Source of the DNA: Candidatus Altarchaeum sp.
GTDB lineage: Archaea > Altiarchaeota > Altiarchaeia > Altiarchaeales > Altiarchaeaceae
DNA: 14,427 nt
Assembly: GCA_018260615.1 (NCBI GenBank)
Contig: JAGWDQ010000015.1
Coordinates: forward strand, 1-14,427
Direction: 5' to 3'
Within the stretch, counting starts at the first letter, position 1. Every line of letters starts with the position of its first letter. A model generated the notes under the pieces. It was not told the DNA's origin. It worked only from the letters and a program-made list of their open reading frames with translations, and did not search any database. The position numbers and the translations under genes were made by a program. This document shows, in pieces, positions 1-7,831 of the stretch.

Positions 1-92
1 TAAAAAATCTCACAGATTTTTTAAAGATTGAAAATTCTCAAAGAATTTTCAGTATATTTCTCCTTTGTGTCCCGGTGTCTCCGTGTGAGGAT

Positions 93-276
93 AATAAAAC
101 GAACTTTCCTGTACGATAAAAAAAATCAGAAGAATACTCACACAAAGTCACAGAGCAACATTGCCCTTTGTGTCTCCGTGTCTTGGTGCGATTTTCAAAA
201 CGCGGAGTTTTTGAAAATATCCGAGCAACAGCGAGGTTAGAGAACAATAAAACGAACTTTCCTGTACGATAAAAAA
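93..276 (+). repeat. 31-bp perfect direct repeat pair (93-123 and 246-276)
   Basis: AATAAAACGAACTTTCCTGTACGATAAAAAA occurs identically at 93-123 and 246-276. Confidence 0.9.
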
Positions 277-312
277 TTTCATTTTTGATGCTGCCCTTTT
301 TTATATTTAAAA

Positions 313-450
313 TTATATTTCGGAAAGCCATATTTCCAAATTCCGTCTGTCCCTGATTTTCCTGAATAGTTCTGCCTGTCAGGTACTAAATTCCTCTTTT
401 CTCTCTTCCCAGTCCTTTTTCCACAAGGTGAAAAATTCTTTTTTATTCAT
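313..450 (-). pseudogene. Possible small ORF remnant with internal TGA
   Basis: Hand translation from ATG 450: MNKKEFFTLWKKDWEERKEEFST*QAELFRKIRDRRNLEIWLSEI*; looks like a charged helical peptide and lies in the only repeat-free stretch of 1-1001. No family recognised. Confidence 0.25.
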
Positions 451-1034
451 TTTAGAATTTAGGGAAAATTCTAAAATGTCCGAACGAAGTGAGGTCATTT
501 TAAAAACTTGTTTTTAAATACTGAAAATCTACAAGATTTTCAATCTTATTTTCAAAATCGCAATTTTAAAAACGAAGTTTTTAAAATACACGAACGAAGT
601 GAGCGTAAGATTTTGAAAATCTCCGAACGAAGCGAGGTGACAAAATGTTCCAAACATTTTGTAAATGTCCGAATGAAATGAGGTCATTTTCATATTTTAA
701 TTCCATGAATAAATTTTAAGTATTTGTTTAGCACCACAGAGGCACAGAGAAAATAATTTTATGTCTAATTTTTGTCTTTATTAGTCCTTTAAAAAACCTC
801 ACACAAAGTCACAGAGCCATTTTCAAAACGGAGAGTTTTGAAAATCTCCGAACGAAGTGAGGTGACAGAGTATATATCTTATAGTTCTTTGTGTCTTTTT
901 CAAAATCAATAGATTTTGAAAATCTCCGAGCATTTCAAACTTGTTTGAAATACACGAACGGAGTGAGCGTAAGAGCGAGGTGACTGTGTCTCCGTGTGAG
1001 GAATTACATTTTAATTATCTAAACAATTACAATT

Positions 1035-2393
1035 TTAATATGTCTTTCCGGCATAAGCAACCTTTCTCTCTTTGCCGCACACAACACATTTCTCTTCCTT
1101 TTCCTCTACCCCAAGTACACTCACATAATTTTCAATTTCATTTCTGCATTCTTCTTTTTCACATAGTCCTACAGTTATAATTCCTTTCCCCGCCAAATTT
1201 TTTACTTCGTCTATGCCCCCTGCCGTAAAAATCGCCTCATTAAATTTCTTAACTGCCATCTCTCTTAAATTTTTATCTATATCTTTAAAAATCTCCGAAA
1301 TCTTTTCCGGTGTTAATTCGTCCTTTTTTATTTTTTCTTTTTTTCTCGTATCCCTTCTGACTACAACAACTTCATTATTTTCAATGTCTCTCGGTCCCGC
1401 CTCAATTCGCAGCATCGCTCCTCTCTTTTCCCAGTAATAAAATTTCTCCCCCGGTGTTTTGTCGCTTTCATCCAGTACAACCCTGAATTGAACTAATTTT
1501 TCCTTTATCCCCCTGCAATATTTCAATACATCTTCTTTATTTCCTTTTGCGAATATCGGCACGAGCACTATTTGCGTCGGTGCAAATTTTGCAGGAAATT
1601 TTAAACCGTTTTCATCTTTATGAATGTTAAGAATGGACGCTAGCAATCTTCCGAAACTTGGCCCGTAACATGTCAAACGGACAAATTTATGGTTACCTTC
1701 TTCATCTTCATACTTTATGTTAAATGCCTCTGAAAATTTCTCACTCAGGTTGTGAATTGTCGCAATCTGTAAAATTTTGCCCTCAATGAGCGTGTCATAA
1801 GCGAGTGTGTAAGATGCTCCCGGAAATTTATCCCATTCCGGTCTGCGGTGAATTCTGTATGGAATGCAGAGGTCATTAAGCAAATCACCGTAAATTTTTC
1901 TAATCTCCTCTACATTCTTTTCGGCATCATCCAAATTTTTAAACGCAGAATGTCCTTCATTCCACAAAAATTCCCTGCCTCTTATTAATGGTCTCGTCTG
2001 CTTTGTTTCATATCTATACACTGCACAACTCTGATGAACCTTCATTGGCAAGTCCTTATGGCTTCTTATCCATAATGAAAACATCGTATAAACAGGTGTT
2101 TCCGAGGTTGGCCGCAGGGCGAGTTTTTTGTCAAGGACTTTTTTTCCTGCTTCTGTAACCCAAAAGACCTCTGTTTCAAAGCCCTTAATGTGTTCCGATT
2201 CCTTCTTTAAAATATCCTCGGGAATTAAAACAGGAAATAATACCGGCTCATGTCCTGCTTTTTCTAAATTTTCCTCTAAAATTTTCTGCATCTCTCTTAC
2301 AACAATTAACGCTGCTTTTCGGTATATTAGCATTCCCTGAACCGCATACCTGTTGTCATAAAATTCTGTTAAAATTTCATCGTCAATATCCAT
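1035..2393 (-). CDS. proS: Proline--tRNA ligase, archaeal/eukaryotic type
   Basis: LALRPTSET, YRYETKQTRPLIRGREFLWNEGH (motif 2), GPSFGRL (motif 3), anticodon domain with GEKFYYWEKRG, C-terminal 4-Cys zinc domain ending in Tyr (GKTY). Confidence 0.97.
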   Translation of the reverse strand: MDIDDEILTEFYDNRYAVQGMLIYRKAALIVVREMQKILEENLEKAGHEPVLFPVLIPEDILKKESEHIKGFETEVFWVTEAGKKVLDKKLALRPTSETPVYTMFSLWIRSHKDLPMKVHQSCAVYRYETKQTRPLIRGREFLWNEGHSAFKNLDDAEKNVEEIRKIYGDLLNDLCIPYRIHRRPEWDKFPGASYTLAYDTLIEGKILQIATIHNLSEKFSEAFNIKYEDEEGNHKFVRLTCYGPSFGRLLASILNIHKDENGLKFPAKFAPTQIVLVPIFAKGNKEDVLKYCRGIKEKLVQFRVVLDESDKTPGEKFYYWEKRGAMLRIEAGPRDIENNEVVVVRRDTRKKEKIKKDELTPEKISEIFKDIDKNLREMAVKKFNEAIFTAGGIDEVKNLAGKGIITVGLCEKEECRNEIENYVSVLGVEEKEEKCVVCGKERKVAYAGKTY

Positions 2394-2458
2394 TTTATTT
2401 TGGTTTTAAATTTTAATTTTATGAGTATATAATTAACAATACTTTCAAAAATTTTAAT
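2394..2458. promoter_or_regulatory. Divergent promoter region proS/acyP
   Basis: 65-bp very AT-rich gap between divergent starts with TATA-like runs (TTTTAAA, TATATAA); exact elements not resolved. Confidence 0.45.
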
Positions 2459-2749
2459 ATGAAAAGAGTTTGTGTGTTTGTTTCGGGAATTGTGCAGGGT
2501 GTCGGATTTAGATATTTCGTTGAGAAACATGCAAAAATGCTAAATTTAAACGGTTATGCGAGAAATATTTACGGCGGAGAAAGAGACATGCAGGTTGAGG
2601 CGGTTTTTGAAGGAGATGAAAAAAGTGTTGATGAAATGCTCGGATTGTGCCATAAAGGACATCTATTTTCGCAGGTAAAAAATGTTGAAATTATTGAAGA
2701 AGAAGAAATTTCAACGGGAAAATTTTCCGATTTTAAAATTTTGAGATAA
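2459..2749 (+). CDS. acyP: Acylphosphatase
   Basis: Signature VSGIVQGVGFRY, catalytic Asn in GYARN, VEAVFEG; 96 aa. Confidence 0.95.
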   Translation: MKRVCVFVSGIVQGVGFRYFVEKHAKMLNLNGYARNIYGGERDMQVEAVFEGDEKSVDEMLGLCHKGHLFSQVKNVEIIEEEEISTGKFSDFKILR

Positions 2750-2758
2750 TAAGTCCGT

Positions 2759-2793
2759 ATACAGGGAAATAAAAGACGAAAGTTTCCCTCTAT
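2759..2793. terminator. Hairpin between convergent acyP and DUF1616 genes (terminator-like or degenerate repeat copy)
   Basis: ATACAGGGAAA (2759-2769) pairs with TTTCCCTCTAT (2783-2793) with one mismatch. Confidence 0.4.
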
Positions 2794-2825
2794 GGAAGGA
2801 AATTTATAAAAATTTAACTCTTATT

Positions 2826-3728
2826 TTAAATTTGCACATCCATCCACAAATGCAATTTCCTGTAAATTTCATTAGTATCGTCTTTATATAGTAAAAATTC
2901 CAGCTTTTTTGTCTCTTTTGTGTCTTTGACTGTATCCTGCGTAGTGTTTTTAATATTTGCGGTAAAGGTAAAATTTTCGTTAAATGTTTCATTATCCCGC
3001 AGCCAAATATACCTCCAATACAAAATTTCATCGCTTTCATTCCATTTAATTATTAGTTTGTATTTTGTTGTCGCGTGTTCGTGGCAAACAATATTCACAT
3101 TTATGGTAAAATTTTCACCCGCAGTTAAATTTGTGGAGTACCAGTTTGCATTTCCTTCCGTATTTAAAATATAGAATTCCGTAAATTTCTCACCTTCTTT
3201 TGGAACGGAAATAACGAATATTAATGTAAATACGCAGAAAGCAACAGAAAAGAGCAATAATACAAATAGTGCTTTATCTGTCCGGTTTTCGGGAAATTTC
3301 AGACCTCCTGAAATTTTTGAATATACCTTTGAAAAAGTTAAATTTTCATTATAACCTTCTGCTTCGGGAATATTTTTTAATTTCAGGTATGTTAAAATCG
3401 TAAAGATGACTATAAATGATGACAAAATTATAACGAGCGGAATAAGACGAATTCCGAAAGGTGTGAAATTTAAAATCAGTCCCAGAACAGGAGTAATTGC
3501 AGCACTCAATCCGACACTCATGGCAATTCGTTCAATCAAATCCATATCCTTTTTTTCCGGAAAAAGAAAGGCAATTAAAACATAGCCAGGAAAGAATAAT
3601 ATCAAAGTCCATGCAAAAATTATCCTTAAAAATGTGTCATTTAATACGGGTGCAAAAATGAATATACTCGTTAAAATAGTCCAGGTTATTACTATCTTCA
3701 AATCAAAGGGAAATTTTTTGTTGTCCAT
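2826..3728 (-). CDS. DUF1616-family membrane protein
   Basis: LILFFPGYVLIAFLFP, ERIAMSVGLS, GLILNFTPFGI, EKFTEFYILN..G.A..Y, KLEFLLYK and YRKLHLW match DUF1616; several TM helices plus a C-terminal extracellular domain with N-x-S/T sequons. Confidence 0.9.
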   Translation of the reverse strand: MDNKKFPFDLKIVITWTILTSIFIFAPVLNDTFLRIIFAWTLILFFPGYVLIAFLFPEKKDMDLIERIAMSVGLSAAITPVLGLILNFTPFGIRLIPLVIILSSFIVIFTILTYLKLKNIPEAEGYNENLTFSKVYSKISGGLKFPENRTDKALFVLLLFSVAFCVFTLIFVISVPKEGEKFTEFYILNTEGNANWYSTNLTAGENFTINVNIVCHEHATTKYKLIIKWNESDEILYWRYIWLRDNETFNENFTFTANIKNTTQDTVKDTKETKKLEFLLYKDDTNEIYRKLHLWMDVQI

Positions 3729-3816
3729 GTTGTTTATAAAAAATTTATTGATAAAAATTTAATTGTTTTTAAAATATCTTTTAAAAGTATTTGTTTAAAG
3801 TATTTATTTATAAAAA
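3729..3816. promoter_or_regulatory. Divergent promoter region DUF1616 / sugar-biosynthesis operon
   Basis: 88-bp almost pure A/T gap between divergent starts with several TTTA(T/A)A boxes. Confidence 0.45.
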
Positions 3817-4905
3817 ATGATTCAAATTGCAAAACCTTTAATTGAAAAGGAAGAAGAACAAGCGGTCTTAAATGTCCTGAAATCAGGAGTAATTGCTCAG
3901 GGCCCAAAAACAGAGGAATTTGAGAGAAATTTTGCAGAGTATTGTAATGCGAAATATGCAGTTGCGGTAAATTCAGGAACTGCTGCTTTACATCTTGCTT
4001 TGATGGCAATGGATATTAAAGAAGGGGATGAAATAATAACAACACCTTTCAGTTTTATTGCATCTGCAAATTGTATTCTTTATGTCGGAGCAAAACCTGT
4101 ATTTGCAGATATTGATGAAAAGACATTTAATATTTCTCCGGAATCAATAATTGAAAAAATCACGGATAAAACAAAGGCAATAATTCCGGTTCATTTATAC
4201 GGGCAGCCATGTGATATGAAAGATATTATGAAAATAGCAGAAGACCATCACTTGCTTATTTTAGAGGATGCCTGTCAGGCACACGGTGCAGAGTATGAAA
4301 ATAAAAGGGTTGGTTCTTTTGGAGATGCGGCAGCATTTTCTTTTTATCCTACAAAAAACATGACAACAAGCGAGGGAGGAATGATAACAACAAATTCTAA
4401 AGAAATTGCGGAAAAAGCAAAAATTTTTAGAAATCACGGACAAATTAAAAGATATTATCATGAATTTTTGGGGTATAATTTGAGAATGACTGATATTTGT
4501 GCTGCAATTGGGATAGAGCAGTTAAAGAAATTGGATAAATTTACACAAAAAAGGATAGAAAATGCTCAATATTTAAGTGATAAATTAAAAAATATAAAAG
4601 GAATTGAAGTTCCGTACGTAGCAGGTAATGTAAAGCATGTTTTCCATCAATACACAATAAAAATTGAAAATGGAAAAAGAGACGAAATTAACAAAAAGCT
4701 GAATGATGCAGGAATCGGAACAGGAATTCATTATCCGATTCCGATAAATGACCAGCCATTTTACAAAAAAATGGATTATAATGCTGATGAGACACCTGCT
4801 GCAAGAGAGATGGCAAAAAATGTCTTGTCTTTGCCAATTCATCCTTCTGTAACAAGAGAAAATCTGGACTATATCGCAGAAAAATTAAGGGAAATTCTAA
4901 AATGA
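3817..4905 (+). CDS. DegT/DnrJ/EryC1/StrS family PLP aminotransferase (WbpE/WlbC-like)
   Basis: VNSGTAALHLAL, EDACQAHGA, FSFYPTKNMTTSEGG (PLP lysine), GYNLRMTD. Confidence 0.95.
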   Translation: MIQIAKPLIEKEEEQAVLNVLKSGVIAQGPKTEEFERNFAEYCNAKYAVAVNSGTAALHLALMAMDIKEGDEIITTPFSFIASANCILYVGAKPVFADIDEKTFNISPESIIEKITDKTKAIIPVHLYGQPCDMKDIMKIAEDHHLLILEDACQAHGAEYENKRVGSFGDAAAFSFYPTKNMTTSEGGMITTNSKEIAEKAKIFRNHGQIKRYYHEFLGYNLRMTDICAAIGIEQLKKLDKFTQKRIENAQYLSDKLKNIKGIEVPYVAGNVKHVFHQYTIKIENGKRDEINKKLNDAGIGTGIHYPIPINDQPFYKKMDYNADETPAAREMAKNVLSLPIHPSVTRENLDYIAEKLREILK

Positions 4906-5147
4906 CCTCACTTCGTTCGGACATTTTAGAATTCTCTGTAAATTTTAAAATGACCTCACTTCGTTCGGACATTTTAGAATTCTCTGTAAATTTTAAAATG
5001 ACCTCACTTCGTTCGGACATTTTAGAATTCTCTGTAAATTTTAAAATGACCTCACTTCGTTCGGACATTTTAGAATTCTCTGTAAATTTTAAAATGACCT
5101 CACTTCGTTCGGACATTTTAGAATTCTCTGTAAATTTTAAAATGACC
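4902..5147 (+). repeat. Perfect tandem repeat, 5 x 48 bp plus partial sixth unit
   Basis: Unit ATGACCTCACTTCGTTCGGACATTTTAGAATTCTCTGTAAATTTTAAA starts at 4902, 4950, 4998, 5046, 5094; ATGACC at 5142-5147; units identical; reverse complement closely resembles 448-505. Confidence 0.98.
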
Positions 5148-5243
5148 AACTCGCCTGAAATAAAAAAATTTATTCGTGAAAATATTTCGCTGTTTTTGGG
5201 AATCAAAGAACAGGAAAGAAATTTTAAAAAAGAAAATGAGTAA
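4902..5243 (+). CDS. Repeat-derived ORF, (MTSLRSDILEFSVNFK)x5 plus 33-aa tail; may not be translated
   Basis: ATG overlaps the aminotransferase TGA (ATGA); TAA overlaps the DUF1016 start by 8 bp. No family recognised. Confidence 0.25.
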   Translation: MTSLRSDILEFSVNFKMTSLRSDILEFSVNFKMTSLRSDILEFSVNFKMTSLRSDILEFSVNFKMTSLRSDILEFSVNFKMTNSPEIKKFIRENISLFLGIKEQERNFKKENE

Positions 5244-6282
5244 AACCAAAACACTCGCATCTCAGAATTACGACAGGATATTAGAAAATATTATAGAGCA
5301 TATTGAGCAGTCAAAATTCAGGGCATTTTCTGAAGTAAACAAAGCTCTTTTGCAGGCATATTGGAACATTGGAAAAGAACTCAATGAAAACGCGGCTTAT
5401 GGAAAATCAGTAGTAGAAAAACTTTCCATGGATTTGAGGTTAAGATACCCTGATGTGAGGGGATATTCAGAAAGAAACCTGTGGAATATGAAGCAATTTT
5501 ACGAGACCTATGAGAAACTGCAGCCAGTGGTTGCAGAATTGCTTTTCAAGATATCATGGACTAATCATGTAATTATTTTAAACAAAACCAGTTCTAACGA
5601 GGAAAAACAGTTTTATGTGGAACTATGCGTTAAAGAAAAATGGAGTAAGAGAGAACTGGACCGGCAGATTGATTCCTCTTTATTTGAGAGATACATGCTT
5701 GCTGATAAGCCGGAAAGAGTGACTGCTTTAATACCAAAACATGAATCAACAGATGTTGCCAAACACTTTAAGGACGAATATATGATGGAGTTTCTGAATA
5801 TGAAAAAGGATTACTCCGAACAGGAACTGGAAAAGGCCATTCTGGATAACCTGAGAGATTTCTTTTTGGAATTCGGCAGATCTTTCACTTTCGTCGGCTC
5901 GCAGTATGCCATTGATATAGGTGGCAGGGAAAACCGGATTGACTTGTTATTCTTTCACAGAGAACTAAAATGTTTAGTAGCAGTTGACCTAAAAATTGAT
6001 GAGTTTAAAGCAGATTATGTTGGCCAGATGCAGAAATATCTGGCTGCACTGGATGAAAAAATACGACTTCCTGATGAAAAAGAAAGTGTTGGCTTAATAC
6101 TCTGCAAATCCAAAAATCACGAAGAGGTCTGGTTTGCTCTTGCTAAATCATTATCTCCTATCAAAGTGGCAACCTATAAAACAAAACTGCCTGACAAAAA
6201 TCTCATACTCAAAAGATTGAAACAATTTCGTATTAACAATGAATCCGAAAGTAACAGGAAAGAAAAAACAAAACTAAATTAA
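5236..6282 (+). CDS. YhcG/DUF1016 family PD-(D/E)XK nuclease-domain protein
   Basis: [83 protein letters not shown]. Start placed at ATG 5236, not GTG 5176. Confidence 0.93.
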   Translation: MSKTKTLASQNYDRILENIIEHIEQSKFRAFSEVNKALLQAYWNIGKELNENAAYGKSVVEKLSMDLRLRYPDVRGYSERNLWNMKQFYETYEKLQPVVAELLFKISWTNHVIILNKTSSNEEKQFYVELCVKEKWSKRELDRQIDSSLFERYMLADKPERVTALIPKHESTDVAKHFKDEYMMEFLNMKKDYSEQELEKAILDNLRDFFLEFGRSFTFVGSQYAIDIGGRENRIDLLFFHRELKCLVAVDLKIDEFKADYVGQMQKYLAALDEKIRLPDEKESVGLILCKSKNHEEVWFALAKSLSPIKVATYKTKLPDKNLILKRLKQFRINNESESNRKEKTKLN

Positions 6283-6286
6283 GAAA

Positions 6287-6877
6287 ATGATATTTATACA
6301 TCCGACAGCAGAGGTATCAGACAAAGCAAAAATCGGAGACGGAACAAAAATCTGGCATCACGCACAAATAAGAGAAAATGCAGAAATCGGAGAGAACTGC
6401 AACATTGGAAAGGGCGTTTATATTGACTTTGGCGTAAAAATCGGAAACAATTGTAAAATCCAAAATTATGTTTCGGTTTATCATGGCGTTGTTATAGAAG
6501 ATGATGTTTTTATTGGGCCATCAGTTACATTTACAAATGATTTATATCCGAGGGCTTTTATTTGGAGTGAGGAAAAAGTCAGCAAAACATTAATAAAGAA
6601 AGGTGCTTCAATAGGTGCAAATTCAACGCTCATATGCGGCATTACGATTGGAAAATTTGCGCTCATTGGTGCGGGAAGTGTCGTAACAAAAGATGTCCCG
6701 GATTATGCATTGGTCTATGGAAATCCTGCCAAAATAACCTGTTTTGTTTGTGAGTGCGGACGAAAATTAGAAAATTTTGAAGATAACAAGAAAGATAATT
6801 TGGTAAAAGGAATATGTAAATTTTGCAAAAAAGAAATTTTTATAAACAAAAACAATTTCAAAAAATGGAAAAAATAA
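6287..6877 (+). CDS. Hexapeptide-repeat N-acetyltransferase (WbpD/WlbB-like) with C-terminal Cys-pair extension
   Basis: IHPTAEV, hexapeptide repeats, [35 protein letters not shown]; CECG...CKFC at the C-terminus. Confidence 0.93.
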   Translation: MIFIHPTAEVSDKAKIGDGTKIWHHAQIRENAEIGENCNIGKGVYIDFGVKIGNNCKIQNYVSVYHGVVIEDDVFIGPSVTFTNDLYPRAFIWSEEKVSKTLIKKGASIGANSTLICGITIGKFALIGAGSVVTKDVPDYALVYGNPAKITCFVCECGRKLENFEDNKKDNLVKGICKFCKKEIFINKNNFKKWKK

Positions 6878-7830
6878 AAGTTGCCGTAATTGGTGCAGGA
6901 AATATGGGCAAAAATCATGTCAGAATTTATTCCGAAATGAACAATGTTGAATTAATCGGAGTGGCAGATTTAAACGAAGAAGTCGGGAAAGATATTGCGA
7001 ATAAATTTAATACGAATTTTTATAAGAACTACAAAGAAGTTATAGGTAAAGTTGAGGCAGTAAGCATAGTTGTTCCGACAAAATTTCATCATAATATAGC
7101 AAAGGAATTTTTGAATAGGGGAGTTGATGTGCTTATTGAAAAGCCAATAACTATAAATTTAAATGAAGCGGATGAATTAACTGCTTTAGCAGATAAAAAT
7201 AAATTGATTCTTCAGGTAGGACATGTTGAGAGATTTAATCCTGCAATAATTGAATTAAGCAAATATATTAAGCCCGATGAAATAATTTCAATTGATGCTT
7301 CTCGTATAGGTCCATTTGGAGCGAGAATTACGGATTCCGGAGTTGTTCTTGATTTGATGATTCACGATATTGATATAATTTTAGATCTGGTTAAGGACGA
7401 AATTGAGAACATTAACGGTTATGGAAGAAAGATAAAAGGAGAACATGAGGATTATGCAACCGCATCAATAAAATTTAAGAACGGAGTTATAGCAAATTTA
7501 ACAGCGAGTAGAATAACACAGCGAAGACAGAGGACATTAAAAATAACCGAAATTGAGAAATATATGAAGGTTGATTATATGAATAAAATTCTGGAAATTT
7601 ACAGGCAGTCACAGGCAAAATATGTTACGGAAGACAATGATGTTAAATTTATTTACAGCGATATAGTCGAAAGACCATACATTTCACAGGAAGAGCCACT
7701 AAAACTTGAGTTGAAATCGTTTATTGAATGTGTTAAAAGTAGAAAACAGCCGGTTGTTGACGGAATTGCGGGAAGAAAAGCACTTGATGTTGCGTTAAAA
7801 ATTTTAGATGAAATCAATAAAAACGAATAA
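6865..7830 (+). CDS. Gfo/Idh/MocA oxidoreductase (WbpB/WlbA-like UDP-GlcNAcA 3-dehydrogenase)
   Basis: [35 protein letters not shown]. Start placed at ATG 6865, overlapping the upstream gene. Confidence 0.93.
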   Translation: MEKIKVAVIGAGNMGKNHVRIYSEMNNVELIGVADLNEEVGKDIANKFNTNFYKNYKEVIGKVEAVSIVVPTKFHHNIAKEFLNRGVDVLIEKPITINLNEADELTALADKNKLILQVGHVERFNPAIIELSKYIKPDEIISIDASRIGPFGARITDSGVVLDLMIHDIDIILDLVKDEIENINGYGRKIKGEHEDYATASIKFKNGVIANLTASRITQRRQRTLKITEIEKYMKVDYMNKILEIYRQSQAKYVTEDNDVKFIYSDIVERPYISQEEPLKLELKSFIECVKSRKQPVVDGIAGRKALDVALKILDEINKNE

Positions 7831-7831
7831 A

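Larger units (their letters stand above)
1..1001. repeat. Non-coding field of modular palindromic/hairpin repeats (REP/BIME-like) downstream of proS
   Basis: Perfect short inverted repeats at 1-23, 29-51, 448-478, 499-518, 522-542, 548-620, 563-587, 640-662, 819-845, 897-922, 932-951; recurring CCGAACGAAGTGAGG core; 20-bp direct repeat 137-156/798-817; no convincing long ORF. Confidence 0.9.

Noticed and set aside
93-276. 31-bp repeat pair as a mini-CRISPR
   Set aside because: The 122-bp interval is far longer than a spacer and is itself made of repeat modules.
28-331. ORFs 28-240 (+) and 38-331 (-)
   Set aside because: They run through palindromic repeat modules, have no recognisable protein features and overlap each other.
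634-719. GAGGTGA Shine-Dalgarno-like motif followed by ATG 645 and a 24-aa ORF
   Set aside because: The motif is part of the repeat core and the ORF runs through hairpin modules.
221-980. Hairpins as integron attC sites
   Set aside because: No RYYYAAC...GTTRRRY R-box pairs, no cassette ORFs between them, no integrase in the window.
941-1180. 79-aa + strand ORF
   Set aside because: Starts in repeat sequence and is mostly antisense to the proS 3' end.
3784-3810. 13-bp tandem AAAGTATTT(G/A)TTT upstream of the aminotransferase
   Set aside because: Could be an operator but is not distinguishable from chance in nearly pure A/T sequence.
4902-5147. Tandem array as a CRISPR array
   Set aside because: Units are contiguous and identical with no unique spacers; no cas genes in the window.
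4688-5260. Antisense 190-aa ORF with (VILKFTENSKMSERSE) repeats
   Set aside because: Open only because the 48-bp unit lacks stops in that frame; overlaps the aminotransferase on the opposite strand.
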